Positions 1 through 9,808 of a stretch of DNA of 64,000 nt are shown piece after piece. A program made the translations under genes and the position numbers. Source of the stretch: a virus (lineage: Duplodnaviria; Caudoviricetes); the IMG/VR virus record IMGVR_UViG_3300029288_004137, positions 145,975-209,974 of that record; one strand, written 5' to 3'. The notes below the pieces were generated by a model. It saw nothing but the letters and a program-made list of their open reading frames with translations. It was not told the origin of the DNA and searched no databases. The number at the start of each line of letters is the position of its first letter. Position 1 is the stretch's first letter.

Positions 1-104
1 TTTCTTTCACTTTCATTTTCATTATATGATTCCAAAGAATTTTCTAATTTTTTTATCATTGTCTGAACTTCATCATTTTCTTTTTCTAATGAATTTGTAC
101 TCAT
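1..104 (-). CDS. 5' part of a hypothetical protein running off the window (MSTNSLEKENDEV...)
   Basis: ATG at 104 just after the stop of the gp14-like gene; frame open to the window edge. Confidence 0.5.
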   Translation of the reverse strand, partial: MSTNSLEKENDEVQTMIKKLENSLESYNENESER

Positions 105-118
105 TCTTTCTCACAAAA

Positions 119-604
119 TTAAGTTATATTAAAACCACCTTTTCTAATTCTAATACATGTCGCTTCAATAGAAATTTTATATTGAACCTGACCAAAAAAC
201 AATCTTGGTTCATTGAGTTCTACTATTTCATAATAATTTTTACCATAAACTACTACATCACCAACTCTAACATATAAATCTTGATCCTCTGTTATTCTTC
301 TTTCATGAAAATGTATTTTTATTGAAGATCTACGATCTACTCCTAAATCCGTTGTTTCTGTCTTATGACCTTCCCATTCAACCATAGCATATACATGCAC
401 AGGTGGTAAATATGTTTTATATATTGCTTCTCCATATAAAGAATGAAAATTTGTATGCTCAACACTTATCGGATAATAAAGAACATTTTGTCCAACAACT
501 CTTTCAACAACTTCATCAGAAATCTGTTTTGAAAAATCTCTCTCTTTCTCATTCGTAAATAAAGGAGGCGGAGGAGCTTCTGCCCTTTCCCATTCATTTG
601 ACAT
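119..604 (-). CDS. Neck/head-completion protein, T4 gp14-like
   Basis: GQNVLYY...HSLYGEA...VGDVV..GKNYYEI pattern; lies downstream of the gp13-like neck gene. Confidence 0.65.
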   Translation of the reverse strand: MSNEWERAEAPPPPLFTNEKERDFSKQISDEVVERVVGQNVLYYPISVEHTNFHSLYGEAIYKTYLPPVHVYAMVEWEGHKTETTDLGVDRRSSIKIHFHERRITEDQDLYVRVGDVVVYGKNYYEIVELNEPRLFFGQVQYKISIEATCIRIRKGGFNIT

Positions 605-2582
605 TCTTTATCCTTCTCCATATTTCATCAAGATCAAGCATCTTAAAACGATCTGATTCACTTTGATCTGTTGATGTTTTTGTTCTTGGAATATCATTAA
701 GATCAAGTGTTTGTGCCCTTTCTGATTCAGATTGATCGCTTACTGATTTTATTGGAATTTCTGTTAAATCTGCTTGAGTCCACCTGCCTTCTGCTTCTTT
801 TCTTTTATTTTCTGCATCCTTCTTTTTTTCCCACTGTTTATATACTTCATCATCTTCAATAAATGTTCCATCTACACCATTATCAAGCAAATATTCAATA
901 ATATCAAAATGACCATTTTCTAACGCTTCCCTTAAAGCATAAGGTTCAACAGTATGAATATCAGCTTTATCCTCTCTTTTATCAGAAAGCAGATATTTAA
1001 CAATATCAAAATGGCCCTCTGCTACCGCAAACCTTAAAGGATAATCATTCCAAACATGAATATCAGCACCATACTTAATGCATTCTTTAACTTTATTTAA
1101 AGAACCACTTTCTACAGCGTCTACCAATTCACGATCTAAATAGAAATCTTCTTTTAATAACTTTATTCTCTTCATAACCTCATTAAGATTAAATTTATTT
1201 ACTTCATCATCTGATATGTTTTTAAACTTTCCTTTTATTGCTTTAATTTTTACATCTTTTGATATATTTTTTTTATTTAAATTTTTAATAAAATCTTCCA
1301 AAGAAATTTCTTTATCTAATTTTCTTTTATTTTCTTGTTCCTCTTTCTTTTTTTCTATTTCTTTCCTTTTTTCTTCAACCTTTTTAAACAATTGAGAAAT
1401 TTCTTCTATTTGTTCTGGATTATTCTTCTCTATGTCTGCCTTTGCCATATTTATTAAATACTTTATATTCTTATATAATTTATCATTTTTTGCAAGAAAT
1501 TCATAATTTCCAGTATCAATCGCATTAAAAACATCCATATGATGCTCAATTAAAAACAATAATAATTCCTTATCTTTATAAACAATCTCATCAAGAATTT
1601 TATTGGCAATTTCTATTCCAGACTTCGCATGTCCATGAAAAGAAATTTTTCCATCTTTTTCTTCTCTTGTCGATAACTTACCCACATCATGCAAAATTGC
1701 TAATAATTTATATAACTCTTTTTCTTCTACTGATGTGAATTCAATTAATTTATTCATAGAATTTAACACATTTTCTGTATGCTGTGCTGTAGTTTCTCCT
1801 TTATGAAATTTTGTGTCTTCTATTGAAGATTCCATCCCTTTCCAAATATTTCCAAATATTTTTGATTTTTTTATAATTTCTTTTATCTCTTGATTTAAAT
1901 CTTTATCTTCTTTTAATAGCTTTATTCTCTTCATAACTTCATCAAGATCAAGCATCTTAAAACGATCTGATTCACCTTGATCTGATACTTTTTCTGATCT
2001 TGGAATATCATTAAGTTCAAGTGTTTTCGCTCTCTCTATTTCAGATTGATCATCGATTACTGGATCTACTGGTTTGTCCTCTAAATCCACTCTTTTCCAG
2101 TCTTTTTCTAATATTTCTTGTCTATCAGACCTTAATTGCTTTATCATCACATCAAGTCTTTCATCATGATACGATGGATTTTCTTCTTTAATATCTTCAA
2201 GTCGTTTGATAAATATTGAATAATCTTGTGATGTTATATTATCAGTTTTTTTCAAAAATTTTATAATAAATGTTAAATTGTTAAGACCATAATTTCCATT
2301 ATCAAATCCTTGTATTGCCATTGCAATCATCGTTGAAGCATCATACTTACTCTTAAAAAGTTTATGAATAAATTCCAAATTTCCTTTAAAAATAGCAATA
2401 TAAAAAGAATACTCTTTAAATTTTTCTATTTCTTTTTCTGTTATGACCCCAGTTTCTAATGAATATTTTAAAAAATGATAAAAATGAGACATGTTTACAT
2501 TTATTCTTACATAATATCTAATGTCATCTTTTGCCTTTTTATTCAAATCTACATTCATTAATTTTTCTATATAATTATTCAT
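594..2582 (-). CDS. Modular protein: unknown helical domain + HD phosphohydrolase + ankyrin repeats, separated by EVMKRIKLLKE linkers
   Basis: HD motifs (QHT...LHDVGK...HGHA...EHHM...KAD); ankyrin repeats (GADIH..YPLRFAVAEGHFDIVKYLL); linker ends at aa 225 and 478, with a third copy at the C-terminus. Confidence 0.8.
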   Translation of the reverse strand: MNNYIEKLMNVDLNKKAKDDIRYYVRINVNMSHFYHFLKYSLETGVITEKEIEKFKEYSFYIAIFKGNLEFIHKLFKSKYDASTMIAMAIQGFDNGNYGLNNLTFIIKFLKKTDNITSQDYSIFIKRLEDIKEENPSYHDERLDVMIKQLRSDRQEILEKDWKRVDLEDKPVDPVIDDQSEIERAKTLELNDIPRSEKVSDQGESDRFKMLDLDEVMKRIKLLKEDKDLNQEIKEIIKKSKIFGNIWKGMESSIEDTKFHKGETTAQHTENVLNSMNKLIEFTSVEEKELYKLLAILHDVGKLSTREEKDGKISFHGHAKSGIEIANKILDEIVYKDKELLLFLIEHHMDVFNAIDTGNYEFLAKNDKLYKNIKYLINMAKADIEKNNPEQIEEISQLFKKVEEKRKEIEKKKEEQENKRKLDKEISLEDFIKNLNKKNISKDVKIKAIKGKFKNISDDEVNKFNLNEVMKRIKLLKEDFYLDRELVDAVESGSLNKVKECIKYGADIHVWNDYPLRFAVAEGHFDIVKYLLSDKREDKADIHTVEPYALREALENGHFDIIEYLLDNGVDGTFIEDDEVYKQWEKKKDAENKRKEAEGRWTQADLTEIPIKSVSDQSESERAQTLDLNDIPRTKTSTDQSESDRFKMLDLDEIWRRIKNVK
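624..661. repeat. 38-bp exact dispersed repeat, copy 1 (others at 1938-1975 and 13839-13876)
   Basis: ttcatcaagatcaagcatcttaaaacgatctgattcac is present three times; encodes ESDRFKMLDLDE on the minus strand. Confidence 0.95.
1938..1975. repeat. 38-bp exact dispersed repeat, copy 2
   Basis: Identical to 624-661; near-identity with copy 3 continues about 50 bp further. Confidence 0.95.
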
Positions 2583-2586
2583 ACAA

Positions 2587-3867
2587 TTATCCTATATAAA
2601 TTTTTCTTGGAACACCAGATTTTATCTTTTGAACATTCTCGATCATTCCTGCTTCTCTTTCAAGAAGTTTATCGTATGTCATTTCTTTTAAATCTTCTTT
2701 AAAATTATCTTTTAATTCTTTCATCTCTGCTTGTGCTTCAGTTATTAAAGCAGCACCATCAAGAGTAGCATTATCCCCTGGAATTGGAATTGGAGAATAT
2801 TTCCTTCTTATATACCCTAGCATTTCTTTACATATTGCTAATGCATACTTTCTTATCCATCTTTTACCTATTGAATTTATCGCACTATAAGGTATATTTG
2901 TAAAAGGTAAAGTACCAAGATTATTTGCTCCACTTAATCCAGTATCATTATCTGAATCTTCTTCTGTCCAAGGATTTTTTAATATTTTAAATTCAAACCA
3001 CATCTTTTGAACATAAGAATCTCTTGGAGGTGGAAATATTCTTAATTTATTATTTCTTATCGTATATGAAAAATTAGATAATCTTGTGCTTATCGCATCT
3101 TTATACATAATTGATTGTAATTTATTCTGCCAAACAGGTACTACCTCATAAACTGTAGAATCTGCATATTGACCATAATTTGATAGATTACCTACAACAT
3201 TAACTCCACCATGATATCCATAAAAATTCCAAAAAGCAGCTTTCGTTTTATAATAAACTTTCGTAATAACAATTTTCTTTATTGATCCACTAGCACCTAC
3301 TAAACCAGCATAATCTACTCCACCTTCAGCAGAAGATTCTTCAACTATTGATTGAAGATCATAATCTTGTTTTTCATCTTCTATATTAAAAGAAGCAGAA
3401 TAAAAAGTTACATCTCCACCTATTCTTGCTTCTGACGCAAGAGTATTTCCTATCTTTCTAGCTGCCATAAATTGAATCTTAGGATACTTTAATTCAATGT
3501 TTGATCCAGATAAAGCATCCCCAACAAGCACTTGTCCATTGCCATCAAAAGATGCAGTTTGAAATCCTAATAAACTTCCAATTGTATTATATCCTTGATG
3601 AATATTCATTAAATATGAATATTCTAAACATGCTTCCTCATATGATGCATATACTTGATATTCTGTTATTTCAACATTTAATACATCACCCCCAAGTCTA
3701 TGATATACATAATTGACTTGTTCTACAGCAGCATTTTTAAAATCTGAAGAATCATACACACCAAATGGTAATGGATTTGTTGTTATATCTACATTTGAAA
3801 CTGTTCCTGTTATTGGAAGTGCTATTGCAACTGTTGTACTGACTGGACTTAACACAGGATAAGCCAT
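2587..3867 (-). CDS. Neck protein, T4 gp13-like
   Basis: RLGGDVLNVEIT and WIRKYALAICKEMLGYIRRKY..IPIPG...LDG motifs; likely ATG at 3867 (MAYPVL) with GGAG 6 nt upstream. Confidence 0.75.
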   Translation of the reverse strand: MAYPVLSPVSTTVAIALPITGTVSNVDITTNPLPFGVYDSSDFKNAAVEQVNYVYHRLGGDVLNVEITEYQVYASYEEACLEYSYLMNIHQGYNTIGSLLGFQTASFDGNGQVLVGDALSGSNIELKYPKIQFMAARKIGNTLASEARIGGDVTFYSASFNIEDEKQDYDLQSIVEESSAEGGVDYAGLVGASGSIKKIVITKVYYKTKAAFWNFYGYHGGVNVVGNLSNYGQYADSTVYEVVPVWQNKLQSIMYKDAISTRLSNFSYTIRNNKLRIFPPPRDSYVQKMWFEFKILKNPWTEEDSDNDTGLSGANNLGTLPFTNIPYSAINSIGKRWIRKYALAICKEMLGYIRRKYSPIPIPGDNATLDGAALITEAQAEMKELKDNFKEDLKEMTYDKLLEREAGMIENVQKIKSGVPRKIYIG

Positions 3868-3896
3868 TATTTTCTCCAACGATAGACTAACCTGTA

Positions 3897-3904
3897 ATAA
3901 GTAG
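3897..3904 (-). promoter_or_regulatory. Putative late promoter motif (CTACTTAT)
   Basis: Variant of the CTATTTAT motif that recurs in intergenic gaps. Confidence 0.45.
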
Positions 3905-3925
3905 TTTGTTTAAATTATAAACTTA

Positions 3926-5419
3926 TTAATGAAGAAAATCCATTATATATATATTTGATCCACATCCATATATTTTTTGAACATTTGCTTCTTCTGCTAT
4001 TTGTTTTTCAGTTTTTCCTAAAATTGACCTAAAAATAAATCGATTAAAACGATCCTTTCCATCTGTATAACCATATGATGGATTCGTATATCCAAACAAT
4101 GTAAATCCACTTTTTAAATAAACCTTTCCATCTCCATAATTCAAATCTGCATAACTTAAAATTCCACTATACCCATTGTTCTTAGACCACAAAATTACTG
4201 CTTTTAAAAGTCTAGAAAAACCTCCTCTCACAACTACATTTAATTTATTAGCAAAACGACATATCTCTATCTTCCCTTTATATTTTGTATGAAAAGGTCC
4301 CCTCAATGATAAACAAGAAACTAGTTCGTCTTTATATACCAAACCAAATGCCATTTTAGAAACAGAATAACCAGAAATATGATTATTTTCAAAAAAGTTT
4401 TTATATTGATTATTTCTAAATAATTCAACAACTTTACATTTTCTTGCATCAATCTTTGTTTCTACTTTTCCAAGTTTATATTTAATCATTGATTTAATAA
4501 TTTTTTGCTTATTTCTCCATTCATCTGAATAAATTTGGAATAAAGATATACCTTTTTCCAAACATCCTAAATATTTATCTTGATGATATCTTTTAGATTT
4601 AGTTACTTCGTTATGCCAAAATAAACCATTATATTCTATAGCAATCTTTTTTTCTGGAATGTATATGTCTAATTCTTTTGGTCTTAAAATAGTTCTGTCT
4701 CCTCTTATTATATTATATTCTTCTGCTACTGAAGAAATAAATTCATATAATTCATATTCTTCTTTTGATTTCCCAGAAAAACAATATTTGCATGAAGAAC
4801 CTTTATGTAAAGTCATTAAATTATTTTCTTGTTCTTTTCCACATAACAAACATTTAACTTTAACTGTTTGAAGTCTTGAAAAATATTCATCAAATGGAGT
4901 TAAAAGTTCTAGTTTGTTTTCTTCAATAAATTTTTGTTTATATTCATTGAATTTTTCTTCAGTTAAAGCACTTGCATTTTTTTTGCCAGATATTGATATT
5001 GAATATTTTAAAATTGATTCATTCGTTTCTTTCGTTAATCCCTTTTTCCATCCTGCATCAATTGTTTTACTTTCTATACCATCAAAACCATATTGTTTTG
5101 ACCAACTTTTTCTTCCTTCTCCAGCATGATCAAAACAAAACCTTTTAAATCCATATTTTCCTTTCACATAACTTGTCTTCTGTCCACAAATAGGACAAAC
5201 AGGACGATTTGCTTTAAAAAAATACATTTCTACATATTTTTCCATTGAAAAATTATGAAACGCTCCAACATGTCCTGCTAATCCTGCTTTACTTTTAAAT
5301 AATTTTTTGCAAATTTGACATTCAACTTTTTCTTTTTCTGTAACTTCTGCACATATATCAAAATGACCTTTGTTCCTATCCCCACTCATATCTTTTCTCC
5401 TTCTTCTATTTAAATCCAT
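3926..5419 (-). CDS. Hef-like homing endonuclease: zinc fingers + PD-(D/E)XK nuclease + C-terminal acetyltransferase-like domain
   Basis: C2H2 CQICKK..GHVGAFH, CPICG, WKKGLTKET, CLLCG..CKYC; ELDIYIPEKKIAIEYNGLFWH; GGFSRLLK..SYADL..GDGKVY..GF. Confidence 0.7.
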   Translation of the reverse strand: MDLNRRRRKDMSGDRNKGHFDICAEVTEKEKVECQICKKLFKSKAGLAGHVGAFHNFSMEKYVEMYFFKANRPVCPICGQKTSYVKGKYGFKRFCFDHAGEGRKSWSKQYGFDGIESKTIDAGWKKGLTKETNESILKYSISISGKKNASALTEEKFNEYKQKFIEENKLELLTPFDEYFSRLQTVKVKCLLCGKEQENNLMTLHKGSSCKYCFSGKSKEEYELYEFISSVAEEYNIIRGDRTILRPKELDIYIPEKKIAIEYNGLFWHNEVTKSKRYHQDKYLGCLEKGISLFQIYSDEWRNKQKIIKSMIKYKLGKVETKIDARKCKVVELFRNNQYKNFFENNHISGYSVSKMAFGLVYKDELVSCLSLRGPFHTKYKGKIEICRFANKLNVVVRGGFSRLLKAVILWSKNNGYSGILSYADLNYGDGKVYLKSGFTLFGYTNPSYGYTDGKDRFNRFIFRSILGKTEKQIAEEANVQKIYGCGSNIYIMDFLH

Positions 5420-5429
5420 AATATCATAT

Positions 5430-5437
5430 TTAAATAG
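5430..5437 (-). promoter_or_regulatory. Putative late promoter motif (CTATTTAA)
   Basis: Motif variant 10 nt upstream of the nuclease ATG and downstream of the capsid terminator. Confidence 0.4.
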
Positions 5438-5514
5438 TTTTGTTAAGGGGATTATGACTTGCTATTTATTTTTGAAAAACAACAAAGGGGTAATGACTAT
5501 ATTTTATTGAAATT

Positions 5515-5550
5515 AAAAAAATGCCCTTCAAAAGATATTGAAGGGCATTT
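5515..5550 (-). terminator. Rho-independent terminator after the major capsid gene
   Basis: Perfect 13-bp stem aaatgcccttcaa/ttgaagggcattt, 6-nt loop, U-tract on the minus strand, 25 nt after the stop. Confidence 0.9.
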
Positions 5551-5575
5551 GTGTTAGAAATTACTTAATGATTAC

Positions 5576-7360
5576 TTAACCTTGGAGATCTCTGATAATG
5601 ACAAGACCATACATATCAGGACGTACCATCTTTTTCCCGTATCTCGTCATGACTCCTTTTCTTGGTGTGAAATTCTCAGGATCGAAGATCACAGGAGTTG
5701 TTTGGAGAGGCACGTATGGTGAATAAACGTATCCACTTTCAAGGAACGAAGATCCTTTTCTACCAACAAGGATTACGTTTCTATAGAAATATGGTGATAC
5801 ATAAATATCCCATTTATTGCTAATACTACCCACCTTGATGCTTCCTGCTGATCCTTTCTCATCATCAGGTGCCGTAACGTTTGTAGAGAATCCACGAACC
5901 ATCTCAAGAATTGCAGATGTTTCAGGACCACAGACGAGGAAGTTTGCACCACCCCGAAGTGTCTTTCTATGAATTTCTGCCGATACGTCATTGATAGTTT
6001 CAAGCAATGTTTGATACCATTCAGACACGTTACCAGTGAAATCAGGAGGAGCTGTAGCACTTGTGATATCTGCACCAGTCTCTCTATTAACAAAGAGTCC
6101 AGGGCGTCTTGACCAATAATATGTCCGTGCTGTAGCACCCTTTACTAAGTCTTGAAGAATTTCACCATCGATTTCCATACCAATGTGCTCAGAAAGAACC
6201 GAAGTTAATTCTGTTTCAGCATCAGTTGAGTGATATGCTTGAAGATCTTGACCTGCTTCAGGTGTCCATACCGCCTTAAGTTTTCTTGTTTGTGCGACAA
6301 TAGGAATACTATCAACCTTAATGTTGATTTCAGGAATTGAATCCTCGTTTTCTAATTGCCAAACAGAACCTCCCACAACTGCTCCAATACCACTGCTTAC
6401 TTCAGAAATATTATCATTGATAGAGAATGACATTTCCATATCAGATGTAGCAGAAGCAGAAGACCACTTGTTTGTATCTGCATCAAAACTTGCATCCACA
6501 TTTGCAGTAGCAACTAAAAATACAAATCTAACATAAAGAGGATATGCTGAATAATCAGGTGCTCCTGCTGAGTCACAAAGACATGTTAATCTTCGTACAA
6601 GTTGTCCCATTGAAGAACTTAATGCTGTTCCACCCGTAGGAAGCAAGTTAATAGAAGAATAATCCTTTACATTGAATTGATCCCAATCTGCTGTTCCATC
6701 TGTATGAGTTTCAAATGTAGAGGTTAATGCTACAGCAACAAGAGCAGAATAACTTGCTTTTCCAATAAGATCTTCATCCCATTGAATCAACTTTCCCTGA
6801 GCGTCTGTGACTGTTCCATCAAGATCAATCGCATCAGCAACAAGAACAATAGACTCAGAAGGAACATTATTATAACCGATTGCATGAGAATAACTGTTAT
6901 TAAGATTATAGAGCCCTTTTTCTGCATAAGGATCTGTAATCGAAACACCATTGGCAATTTCAGAAGCAACTGAATCAGTACCATAAATTGAACCACCAGT
7001 GCTAAGCGGTCCTCTTGTTGAATTATATCTGAAATCCAAGAAGAATATCAGTCCTGATGGTAAACTCATTGGTTGAACAGAAACTACATCATTTGCTAAA
7101 AGTCCAGCAAATACTCTTCGAACAAGAGGAAATGCAACAGACGCAAATCCTTGAACATCCCCACCTTCCATTGTTGTTGCTTCTCTAAGTAAAGAAGCTG
7201 CTTGATTCTCTAAAAGTCTAACCACTGTATGCTTTCTATACTCATCATGATCAAGACCTTCAAGAAGTCCTGTTTTTGACCACTTTTTAACCAAACGATT
7301 CGTTTCAAGAATCATGTCCGGTCTAACGATGTCTTCCGTTAATTTCTTTAAGATACCCAT
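5576..7360 (-). CDS. gp23: Major capsid protein, T4 gp23-like
   Basis: KW..TGLLEGL, LLENQ, FPLVRRVF, VSVQPMSLPSGLIFFLDF, TRKLKAVWTPE..QDLQAYH, YSPYVPL, PRKGVMTRYG. Confidence 0.97.
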   Translation of the reverse strand: MGILKKLTEDIVRPDMILETNRLVKKWSKTGLLEGLDHDEYRKHTVVRLLENQAASLLREATTMEGGDVQGFASVAFPLVRRVFAGLLANDVVSVQPMSLPSGLIFFLDFRYNSTRGPLSTGGSIYGTDSVASEIANGVSITDPYAEKGLYNLNNSYSHAIGYNNVPSESIVLVADAIDLDGTVTDAQGKLIQWDEDLIGKASYSALVAVALTSTFETHTDGTADWDQFNVKDYSSINLLPTGGTALSSSMGQLVRRLTCLCDSAGAPDYSAYPLYVRFVFLVATANVDASFDADTNKWSSASATSDMEMSFSINDNISEVSSGIGAVVGGSVWQLENEDSIPEINIKVDSIPIVAQTRKLKAVWTPEAGQDLQAYHSTDAETELTSVLSEHIGMEIDGEILQDLVKGATARTYYWSRRPGLFVNRETGADITSATAPPDFTGNVSEWYQTLLETINDVSAEIHRKTLRGGANFLVCGPETSAILEMVRGFSTNVTAPDDEKGSAGSIKVGSISNKWDIYVSPYFYRNVILVGRKGSSFLESGYVYSPYVPLQTTPVIFDPENFTPRKGVMTRYGKKMVRPDMYGLVIIRDLQG

Positions 7361-7375
7361 TTAAAAAATCCTCCA

Positions 7376-8689
7376 TTAATTTTTCTTACTTTTTATTCCT
7401 GCCATTTTTTGCATCTTTTCTTTTAAAAGTTGTTCTTCTTTCGTTTCACCCGAAGAAGGTTTTCTATTTTTAAGAGCAAATGCAACCTCATTTAAGCGTA
7501 TTTTGTTTTCTTGTGGTTCTTCAACTGAATGATTTTCAACAATAATCTTTTTCGTTGAATTCATAAACTTTTCAAAAACACCCTTCGCTTCATTAAGGGT
7601 TTTGGTTTTATTAACAGCATCAACAAGTTCTCTCTTTTGTCGCTCATTCAAAGAGTCACTGCTTAAAACCCTATTTTCTATCATTGTCTGCGTAGTTGTC
7701 AAATTCGTTTTCTTTAATTCCTTTCCGAAAACGATAAGAGCTTCTCTTAACACGTTATTTTGCTCTTCTAAATTAGATAGTCTGTCTCTAATCAAAAAGA
7801 TATTTCTTTTTAATACTTTATTAACTTTTTTATATGATTCTTCAAGATCTTCTTCTTTTTTAGGTTTTTCTTTTCTTGAATCTTCTGCTTTTGGAGCTTG
7901 ATTTAAAATATTTGAATTCTCTTCATCTTCTAAATCATTTGTTGCTATTTTGGAAGATTCTTGTGTATTTGAATTAGCACTATAATCACCAATTATTCCT
8001 TCTGGTACTGCTTCAAAATCAATTATATCTTCTTCTTTTTCTTCATCTGCATCTAATTCTTCCTCTTCTTCAAGAAATTCTAATGTTCCTTCTTGGAGAT
8101 AAGATACATTTCCATCTTGTTCTTCTGGTTTAGATCTTTCTGCTCCTAATTGAGCATCGGTTTCTTCTTTTTCATAATCTAAACTAATATCAGGACTTTC
8201 CCCATCACCATCCTCTATATTTAATTCATCTGTTATTTCTTCTGTTTTTCCTCCATCTTCTTCTTTTGCTATTTGAGATAATTGATCCAAATCAATTGTC
8301 ATCATTTCATCTTCACCTGGAGAATCCTTACCACCTATATTTTCTCCATCTGCAAAAGATTTACCTATTTCTTTATCAGAAAAAGGTTCATTTTGAACTG
8401 GTGCTTTTGAACCTTCTGCTCCACCTTCACCAGACATTGTTTCAAGATCTGGAGATCCTTCTCCTCCTAATTCATCTACATCTCCTGTAGATCCTTCGTT
8501 TCCACCTAAAAGAAGATCCTTATCTTCTTCTTTTCCCTCTTCAGCTTCAAAAAGTTTTTTATTAATTATTCTTTTGAATTCTTTTGAATATTTTTCAATT
8601 AATTCTGATTGAGCACTTTTTTTCGCAACATCTTTAAGTGCTTCAGCATCAATGATTGCTCGCTCTAACATTTTTGATTTATCACTCAT
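7376..8689 (-). CDS. Prohead core scaffolding protein, gp22-like
   Basis: Acidic and coiled-coil; AIIDAEALK..A at the N-terminus and KMQKMAGI at the C-terminus; directly upstream of the capsid gene; ATG 8689 with GGAG. Confidence 0.75.
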   Translation of the reverse strand: MSDKSKMLERAIIDAEALKDVAKKSAQSELIEKYSKEFKRIINKKLFEAEEGKEEDKDLLLGGNEGSTGDVDELGGEGSPDLETMSGEGGAEGSKAPVQNEPFSDKEIGKSFADGENIGGKDSPGEDEMMTIDLDQLSQIAKEEDGGKTEEITDELNIEDGDGESPDISLDYEKEETDAQLGAERSKPEEQDGNVSYLQEGTLEFLEEEEELDADEEKEEDIIDFEAVPEGIIGDYSANSNTQESSKIATNDLEDEENSNILNQAPKAEDSRKEKPKKEEDLEESYKKVNKVLKRNIFLIRDRLSNLEEQNNVLREALIVFGKELKKTNLTTTQTMIENRVLSSDSLNERQKRELVDAVNKTKTLNEAKGVFEKFMNSTKKIIVENHSVEEPQENKIRLNEVAFALKNRKPSSGETKEEQLLKEKMQKMAGIKSKKN

Positions 8690-8712
8690 TTTTAACTCCA
8701 CTAAATCTAATA

Positions 8713-8720
8713 ATATATAG
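8713..8720 (-). promoter_or_regulatory. Putative late promoter motif (CTATATAT)
   Basis: Motif variant in the gap upstream of scaffold and capsid genes. Confidence 0.4.
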
Positions 8721-8736
8721 TTATTTCTGTTTTCAA

Positions 8737-9168
8737 TTAATTATTTATACCATCAAGAGTAGTTCCTAATGAAGCAGATGATAATTCATATAATTGTGGT
8801 TCTATCGATGTCATTTCTGCCGCTAAACAATAAGATCCACTTGCTCCATTGCACAACGTAGAAAGATAAATTCTATTACACTTAATATCAAATTTTATAT
8901 AAGGAACATTATTATCAAGAACATAATAATGATGATTATTCATAATAGGATTGCCAACAAGAGATCTTGAATCAAAATATAAAATAATTGGGACAGATCC
9001 ATCAAGAGTTCTAACTGTTATTGATTTAGTTAATGACGGAAAACTTATTTCTACACCATCACTTGTATCTACTGTGTCTGGTACTTCACTTCCTGTTAAA
9101 TATGGTCTGCCAGAAGATTGATATGCCGCTGCTGATCCTGGTCCTACCTTATATGTTCGTGATGGCAT
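8737..9168 (-). CDS. Hypothetical virion protein
   Basis: Beta-rich composition, in the head module, has TGS/SGS motifs. Confidence 0.5.
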   Translation of the reverse strand: MPSRTYKVGPGSAAAYQSSGRPYLTGSEVPDTVDTSDGVEISFPSLTKSITVRTLDGSVPIILYFDSRSLVGNPIMNNHHYYVLDNNVPYIKFDIKCNRIYLSTLCNGASGSYCLAAEMTSIEPQLYELSSASLGTTLDGINN

Positions 9169-9171
9169 CTA

Positions 9172-9396
9172 TTATTCTCCATTCATTTGTTGTTTACTAT
9201 CTAAATACTTTCTCACTTTTGCTCGTTCTTTTTTTTCTTTCTTGGCAACAGAAGGTTTTTTATATCTTTTTGAAAAAGCACAAGTTTCCTTTAGTTCTTC
9301 AACAAGTTTTTCCTTTTTGGTTAACCGAATAAACCTCTCAACAAAAGATAATGATGATTCCCCTTTCTCTGCTACCAATTGAAAATTAATTGCCAT
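9172..9396 (-). CDS. rpsU: Phage-encoded ribosomal protein bS21
   Basis: 74 aa, basic; GES...ERF.R..KK..LVEELK...YKKPSVAKKEK..RA matches the bS21 pattern; GAGGTGAT RBS. Confidence 0.75.
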   Translation of the reverse strand: MAINFQLVAEKGESSLSFVERFIRLTKKEKLVEELKETCAFSKRYKKPSVAKKEKKERAKVRKYLDSKQQMNGE

Positions 9397-9415
9397 ACAT
9401 CACCTCATAATAAAT

Positions 9416-9808
9416 TTATAAACCAAAAGCTTTAAGATCTACACCAGGGTCATTTGGATTTACATCTGATAGTGGTGTTCTTCCAAAAATTTCATTTTGT
9501 TTCAATTCAACAGGAGATTTAACAGGAGATAGAGGAACCGTACCTTCAAACATTTGCCCCATTCCTTTTTCTTTGAATGATTTTAATTTTTCTTCTACCA
9601 CTAAATTATTCATATTCATTCCCATTAAATTAAGTCTTTTAGGAGTCTTAACAGGACTTGCTTGTTTCTTTTCAACTAAAAATTCTTTATCACTAAAACC
9701 TTTAAAAACTTCAGTAATTACTTTTGATAACAATCCATCAAAAAGCATTTCATTTACACATTCTTCAATAATCGGTTTTAGTATCTTTTTTAATTCTGAT
9801 TTCTTCAT
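9416..9808 (-). CDS. Hypothetical head-associated protein
   Basis: N-terminal MKKSELKKILKPIIEECVNE; overlaps the protease stop codon. Confidence 0.6.
   Translation of the reverse strand: MKKSELKKILKPIIEECVNEMLFDGLLSKVITEVFKGFSDKEFLVEKKQASPVKTPKRLNLMGMNMNNLVVEEKLKSFKEKGMGQMFEGTVPLSPVKSPVELKQNEIFGRTPLSDVNPNDPGVDLKAFGL

Noticed and set aside
5454-5510. Plus-strand micro-ORF MTCYLFLKNNKGVMTIFY after AAGGGG
   Set aside because: RBS spacing is only 3 nt, it opposes all other genes, and nothing supports coding
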